A DNA stretch of 64,000 nucleotides from a virus: the UHGV virus genome UHGV-0034108. One strand, given 5' to 3'. Shown here piece by piece: positions 59,292 to 64,000 of this stretch. The notes under the pieces were generated by a model. The model was not told the origin of the DNA. It was given only the letters and a program-made list of their open reading frames with translations, and searched no databases. The position numbers and the translations under genes are program-made. How positions within the stretch are numbered: the stretch's first letter is position 1; the number at the start of each line of letters is the position of its first letter.

Positions 59292-60821
59292 ATGCCAGGA
59301 CGCATAAGCAACAATCAAATGGTTGGCGTTACTGCGTGGAAAGGTACGGTCACAAAGGACAATCACCTTTACGGACTGTTCCGCACTAACCCGCAGATGG
59401 CCAGCGACGTAATGACTGTCCTCATGAGCAGCATGCATCTTCCAACGCTCGACACATACCTCTCAAAGGAGGTTCCGGTGCGCGAATACGAGGATGATTC
59501 AGAACTGTTCTGGGACGTGGTAGCTTCCTCAAGAAGGAATATTCCTCTTGTTGAGGCAAGGACAATGAGCGGAGAGACTGTCACTGCCGGTAAGGGCAAT
59601 ATCGGACAGAACTTCGAGCCTTTCTATCTGGTATTCCCGACAGACTGGTTTGCTCTCGGTGAGGTGCTCTGGGGTGAACTCAATGAGGTATACCCTATGA
59701 TCGTAAAGGAAGAGGGGCGCCAGGAAGGGACGAACACTGTATATCTCGTTGAGATGTTCGGTGCCGATGGGGCAAAGGGTATTCCTGCTAAACAGCTTCT
59801 TGCTGGAAGGAAATTCAGTTGGGCATACGCTCCTGTAGAGGAGAACTTTTCACGTAAAGTCGGTGATGTAAGGTTCTCAACGCCGGTTTCTATGCGCGGC
59901 GATTGGCAGCGCGTCCGTCTTCAGCACAAGGTTGGCGGCAAGGAACTCGGAAAGAGGCTTGCTGCAAACATTCCTGTATCAAGGGAGGTCAACGGCAAGA
60001 CCGAGACTGCCATTGCATCAAGGTGGATGCTCGCTGTTACATGGAAGATTGAGGAGACGTGGAACGAGTACAAGAATAACGCACTTGACCGTGGTGTATC
60101 AACCAGGATGGAGAATGGCGAGTATTCTAACTTCGGACTTTCCGGTCTTGCAAACAGGCAGGGTTCAGGATTCCGTCAGCAGCAGGCGGCAGGAAACCAG
60201 ACATACTACACTAAATTCCGGATTGGTCTTATTGAGGATGCCCTCTATGGTATCTCGGCAGGAAAGCTGGACTTCAGCAAGAGGAAGTTCGTAATCCGCA
60301 CTGGAGAACGTGGAGCAATGCTGTTCAGCAAGGAGGCTAAGAAGGAGATGTCAGGTTGGATTCCACTTTATGGAGGTACAAGCAATGTTCCTTACATCAA
60401 GAGCGGAGCTTCAACAGATTTCGCTCCTAACGGAGTCTCTGTTACTGACCTTCAGATAACTAAATGGATTTCGTCTAACGGACTTGAAGCAACCATCATG
60501 ATTGATTCAAGCAAGGACGATCTTCAGACTAACAAAATCATGCACCCACTTGGTGGTCCTGCGGAGTCATATCGTTTCGATATCTTCTACGCATCTGACG
60601 AGGAGCAGCCAAACGTGCAGAAATGTATGGTCAAAGGTCAGCCAGAGTTGCGTGGATATCAGTGGGGTCCGTTTGCTAATCCGTTCACGGGAGAGATGAA
60701 CAATGCTTCAGCTTCCTTTGATGAGGATGCGGCAATTGTACATTACAAGGCTACACTTGGTCTTGTGATTTACGACCCGACAAGGTGTATATCACTTATA
60801 CCTGCAATACTTCAGGCTTAA
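59292..60821 (+). CDS. head structural protein (portal or capsid candidate)
   Basis: 509-aa ORF in head module. Confidence 0.4.
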   Translation: MPGRISNNQMVGVTAWKGTVTKDNHLYGLFRTNPQMASDVMTVLMSSMHLPTLDTYLSKEVPVREYEDDSELFWDVVASSRRNIPLVEARTMSGETVTAGKGNIGQNFEPFYLVFPTDWFALGEVLWGELNEVYPMIVKEEGRQEGTNTVYLVEMFGADGAKGIPAKQLLAGRKFSWAYAPVEENFSRKVGDVRFSTPVSMRGDWQRVRLQHKVGGKELGKRLAANIPVSREVNGKTETAIASRWMLAVTWKIEETWNEYKNNALDRGVSTRMENGEYSNFGLSGLANRQGSGFRQQQAAGNQTYYTKFRIGLIEDALYGISAGKLDFSKRKFVIRTGERGAMLFSKEAKKEMSGWIPLYGGTSNVPYIKSGASTDFAPNGVSVTDLQITKWISSNGLEATIMIDSSKDDLQTNKIMHPLGGPAESYRFDIFYASDEEQPNVQKCMVKGQPELRGYQWGPFANPFTGEMNNASASFDEDAAIVHYKATLGLVIYDPTRCISLIPAILQA

Positions 60822-60845
60822 AACAGTTAAAAAGGAGAAGATAAA

Positions 60846-61754
60846 ATGGAAAAGAAAACTGAAACAAGAAAAAAGACTGATGAAACAATGACTGGAGCAA
60901 TGGTAAATCCGCTGCGTAACGAAAGGATCTATGTACGCTTTGTCGCCAAAGACAACGGTCTCCCAAAGGGGCACGTACTCTCTGGCGGCAAGGCGGATGG
61001 AGCCTTTACGAGCCTGTGTGTTCCTGTGCTCCGTTCTACCGGTTCATATAAGAATGTGCTGACAAACGAGGAGAAGGACTTCCTTGAGGAGGCTCTCGGA
61101 CTTGACTACAATGCACTTTCAGTATATAAGAAGGAGAATAACTATTGGGATAGTTACAGTGTCTCACTCAGCAAGGAAGGGATACACCTTGATTTGTCTG
61201 ACCCGGAGGATTTCATAAAGTATAAGGTTCTTCTTGCTAACAGTGATATTGTGGCGCCTTCAGTAAAGGAGCGTATAGAACGACCGAAGGTGACGTACCA
61301 GTTTGAGATTGTGCGTGACAATGAAGAGGCTGCGCTTGAGAACTCCAAGATGGATGCTACGATGTCTTCATACAAAGAGTTTGGCAAAATCGAAAGTGAT
61401 ACTGATACTATGCGTGTGCTTGTTGAGCTTCTCGATGGCAGACCGTATGCGGCCAATACTAAGCCGGAGTTCCTTCGTGCGAGAATAAACACTCTCATAC
61501 AGGCTGATCCTAAGAAGTTCCTGGCATCAATTACCGACCCTCTGCTCCATATAAAGGTCGTAATACGTAGGTCACAGGAACTTGGGAAAGTTGTTAAGAG
61601 AGGTGATTACTATTACCTTGCATCTGATGGATCTCCGCTTTGTGATGGTAATGAGAATCCAACTCTTCCGGTTGCTGCCCGTTTCCTCAACATGCCTGCA
61701 CATCAGGATATCAAGTTCATACTCGAAAGCGAGGTTGACAAGAACAGAATTTAG
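60846..61754 (+). CDS. head-module hypothetical protein
   Basis: 302-aa ORF; SD AAAGGAGAAG. Confidence 0.45.
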   Translation: MEKKTETRKKTDETMTGAMVNPLRNERIYVRFVAKDNGLPKGHVLSGGKADGAFTSLCVPVLRSTGSYKNVLTNEEKDFLEEALGLDYNALSVYKKENNYWDSYSVSLSKEGIHLDLSDPEDFIKYKVLLANSDIVAPSVKERIERPKVTYQFEIVRDNEEAALENSKMDATMSSYKEFGKIESDTDTMRVLVELLDGRPYAANTKPEFLRARINTLIQADPKKFLASITDPLLHIKVVIRRSQELGKVVKRGDYYYLASDGSPLCDGNENPTLPVAARFLNMPAHQDIKFILESEVDKNRI

Positions 61755-61756
61755 TC

Positions 61757-62470
61757 ATGAAGAATGTAACGGAATGGATGCAGGCCTTTAACCTGCTGTA
61801 CAACAACATAGCAAGTGACAAGGCTCCAGGCCTTGAGCCGTATGAGATAAGCCGGTTTCTCACTGATGCACAGAATGCAGTAGTAGTTGCTCTTTATAGG
61901 GGTACTCTTGGTGCTGCCTTCGAATCAAATGAGGAAGTGACTGCATATCTCGACACGCTTGTTATGCAGTGCAGTGGGAAAAAGATATCGCAAGAGGAGA
62001 TGTCGCCTGTGCTTTCTCAGCTTAGGATTGACGAGCACTCCACCATTTTCGAACTGGATCAGACTAATGGGGATGTTCTTTTCCGTACATGGGAAGGATG
62101 CAAAATCGCCTCATCTTGCGGCGACATTTTAGTTCCGGTCATTCCTGTGACACAGGATGAGTACTGGAGGACAGTGCGCGATCCGTTCAAGAAGCAGAAT
62201 GACAGACGTGTGTTAAGACTCTCCTATGCTTCTGCCTCTACAGCAGAGGACTTCTCCGTAATTAAGTATTCTGAACTTGTCAGCGATGCTGAGATAAAGT
62301 CATATTCAGTTCGTTATATCAGAAGACCGTCTCCGATAATACTTGAGACACCTCCTACTGGATTGTCTATTGATGGCCAATCAACAGTGATGACCTGTAT
62401 TCTTCCTGAACCACTTCATCAGACTATACTTGCCGAGGCAGTTAAGATGGCCAAGGCAATCTGGAATTAA
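61757..62470 (+). CDS. head-module hypothetical protein
   Basis: 237-aa ORF. Confidence 0.45.
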   Translation: MKNVTEWMQAFNLLYNNIASDKAPGLEPYEISRFLTDAQNAVVVALYRGTLGAAFESNEEVTAYLDTLVMQCSGKKISQEEMSPVLSQLRIDEHSTIFELDQTNGDVLFRTWEGCKIASSCGDILVPVIPVTQDEYWRTVRDPFKKQNDRRVLRLSYASASTAEDFSVIKYSELVSDAEIKSYSVRYIRRPSPIILETPPTGLSIDGQSTVMTCILPEPLHQTILAEAVKMAKAIWN

Positions 62471-62499
62471 TAGAAAAACAAACAAAAACAGTTTCCGAT

Positions 62500-63471
62500 A
62501 TGAGAAATTTCAACACAAACCAGACACGCCACTTCTACACGGACAAGATTACCGTTGATGGAGTGACCACTTCAGTAGAAGTCGAGTCGGTAAAGCCTGA
62601 GGCAACGGCAGATGCAGTTGCTCTGTTCTTCAAGGGGACCAATGCCGACGGACTTGCTTATCGTTCAGACCTCGTGCCTATTGACAAGATCGTCAGTCTC
62701 AAAAAGACTCCGGCATCGGCAATGGCTACGCCGCTCATGAAACACACAATCACAATCAACACCGGTGAGTTTACGGATGTCGCTGCGCTTGCAGGGAAGC
62801 TCCTGAAGCTTAACATAACTGTGCATCAGGTGTTTGATTATGATGACTCCAACAGCATCACGTTTACTGTCGAGCACAAGGTTGCAGCTAAAGAGACAGC
62901 AGCGAACTTCTACAAAGCATTCGCTGATGCAATCACGGCTGCAATGCCTAAGCCGGATTCAAAGTATCCGTATTTCACAGTTGAGTCTTCAGCAGCTGGT
63001 CTCGTTCTTACTGAGGCTCCTCAGAAATATGTTCGCGGAAAGCTTACCGGTGAGCCTGTACACTTCTCAGTGTCATTCGGTATTGCACAGGCATCTTACC
63101 TTGACGATGCCGATGTAGCATGGGGAGTTGACACAGTTGAGAAATCAGACAAGACAGTTCCTGCGAACTATGTTCTTGCAGACCTCGAATACTTTGCATT
63201 TGGTGAGCGTGGAGATTACTTCCGTGGTAATAATTGGCCAAACAACGTTGAGCCTACCTATGCCATTAATCCAAATAGCACTGAGGCGTATTCAGTTCTG
63301 ACAATTGAATACTACTGGGCAGGTAATGCGGAGAATGTGCAGAAGTCACCGAGACTTATACAGGTTGCAGCTGTAGATGTTGATGCAATGTACAACAAGA
63401 TTGTAGCATTGCTTCCGCCTACAAATGCCGGTGTGACTAAAGCGATTGCCGATGCTAAGCTTGGCGCGTAG
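62500..63471 (+). CDS. virion structural protein, major capsid protein candidate
   Basis: 323-aa ORF followed directly by strong terminator, as for highly expressed capsid genes. Confidence 0.4.
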   Translation: MRNFNTNQTRHFYTDKITVDGVTTSVEVESVKPEATADAVALFFKGTNADGLAYRSDLVPIDKIVSLKKTPASAMATPLMKHTITINTGEFTDVAALAGKLLKLNITVHQVFDYDDSNSITFTVEHKVAAKETAANFYKAFADAITAAMPKPDSKYPYFTVESSAAGLVLTEAPQKYVRGKLTGEPVHFSVSFGIAQASYLDDADVAWGVDTVEKSDKTVPANYVLADLEYFAFGERGDYFRGNNWPNNVEPTYAINPNSTEAYSVLTIEYYWAGNAENVQKSPRLIQVAAVDVDAMYNKIVALLPPTNAGVTKAIADAKLGA

Positions 63472-63508
63472 TCAAACTATAAGTAAAATATTTACATTCT
63501 TTAACAAA

Positions 63509-63546
63509 GGGGGTTGGGTCTGTGAATCCGACCCCTTTTCTTTTTA
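63509..63546 (+). terminator. Rho-independent terminator
   Basis: GGGTC-TGTGAATCC-GACCC within G/C-flanked stem then CTTTTCTTTTT. Confidence 0.7.
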
Positions 63547-63568
63547 CATTTGGGCAAAATAAGAAGAT

Positions 63569-64000
63569 ATGGTTATTTTTAGTGAACTTGCCCTTAGTGA
63601 AGACGGTAGCCGTCTTTCAGTTGAATGTTCGGTTAGAGACCTGAGCATTTATGATGGGATGTATATAAAGAGCATAGCTGTTGAGCATTATGCAAATGCT
63701 CAGGTATCTGGTGAACCGAGTGAAAAGGCAATTCGTATATTCGACAATACAGATGTTGACAAGGTTGACAAGACTGCAAAATCTGTTCGAACTTATCTTG
63801 ATGCATCAGATGCTCGTGTAAAAACTATGTTTGGATTGTCATCATTTTCAGGAGGTCTCTTCTATATTATAGTCGAGTGTGATGGCGATCTTGGAGCTGC
63901 TGTGGCAGGTCTCCCATGCGGGTATGATGAGACACGTGATACTTGTGTTATCCTGGATTGGTGCCTTCTGTATAAAATAGGCATGAATTACATTGCGGAA
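63569..64000 (+). CDS. hypothetical protein, partial (runs off window end)
   Basis: ATG at 63569, open to nt 64000. Confidence 0.4.
   Translation, partial: MVIFSELALSEDGSRLSVECSVRDLSIYDGMYIKSIAVEHYANAQVSGEPSEKAIRIFDNTDVDKVDKTAKSVRTYLDASDARVKTMFGLSSFSGGLFYIIVECDGDLGAAVAGLPCGYDETRDTCVILDWCLLYKIGMNYIAE

Noticed and set aside
1-64000. CRISPR array, diversity-generating retroelement or retron
   Set aside because: There are no regularly spaced repeats. No reverse-transcriptase ORF (no YxDD motif) is present. The tail-fibre repeats are protein motifs, not a TR/VR pair.

Overview
The whole 64-kb window is tailed-phage DNA, either a free temperate-phage genome segment or a prophage. The host phylum is not resolved: many genes carry strong GGAGG Shine-Dalgarno sites and there are at least three canonical Rho-independent terminators.

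Layout:
1) 1-10.9 kb (+): virion genes. These are a large structural protein open at the window start, an 818-aa polyQ/coiled-coil protein, and three tail-fibre-like proteins that share an N-terminal domain and a repeated ...D(N/T)DAxNKxYVD motif.
2) 10.9-14.3 kb (+): lysis cassette. It holds membrane proteins and a peptidase-M15 endolysin whose zinc-binding motif is interrupted by a 349-aa intein carrying a LAGLIDADG homing endonuclease.
3) 14.3-17.2 kb (+): small unknown genes.
4) 17.2-19.2 kb: a NinB/Orf-like gene (-), a tRNA-Ala 3' fragment (attachment-site core), and a tyrosine integrase split by a frameshift in an A6 run.
5) 19.2-45.3 kb (-): a long early/replication operon. It starts with many small SD-led genes (zinc ribbons, tandem paralogs), then SSB, dUTPase, and a family-A DNA polymerase split in motif B by a group I intron carrying a second LAGLIDADG endonuclease. 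It continues with a retropepsin-like aspartic protease, a PD-(D/E)XK nuclease, a MoxR-like AAA ATPase plus metallopeptidase/VWA protein, a DnaG-like primase, an SSB-tail protein, an SF2 helicase, a Sak4-like ATPase and a DnaB-like helicase.
6) 45.3-46.3 kb: an IS1595-family insertion sequence.
7) 46.3-51.7 kb: a compositionally distinct accessory island. It has two GC-rich noncoding regions of about 0.9 kb each, full of hairpins and repeats, a GC-rich 117-aa gene with a UUCG-loop terminator, two tiny paralogous membrane proteins, a two-domain PPPDE-like plus CHAP-like peptidase, and a membrane protein.
8) 51.6-64 kb (+): packaging/head module. It contains small proteins, a GroES-like protein preceded by a 3 x 11-bp tandem repeat, the large terminase, a small PD-(D/E)XK-like protein, and head proteins ending in a strong terminator.

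No CRISPR array, DGR or reverse transcriptase was seen.
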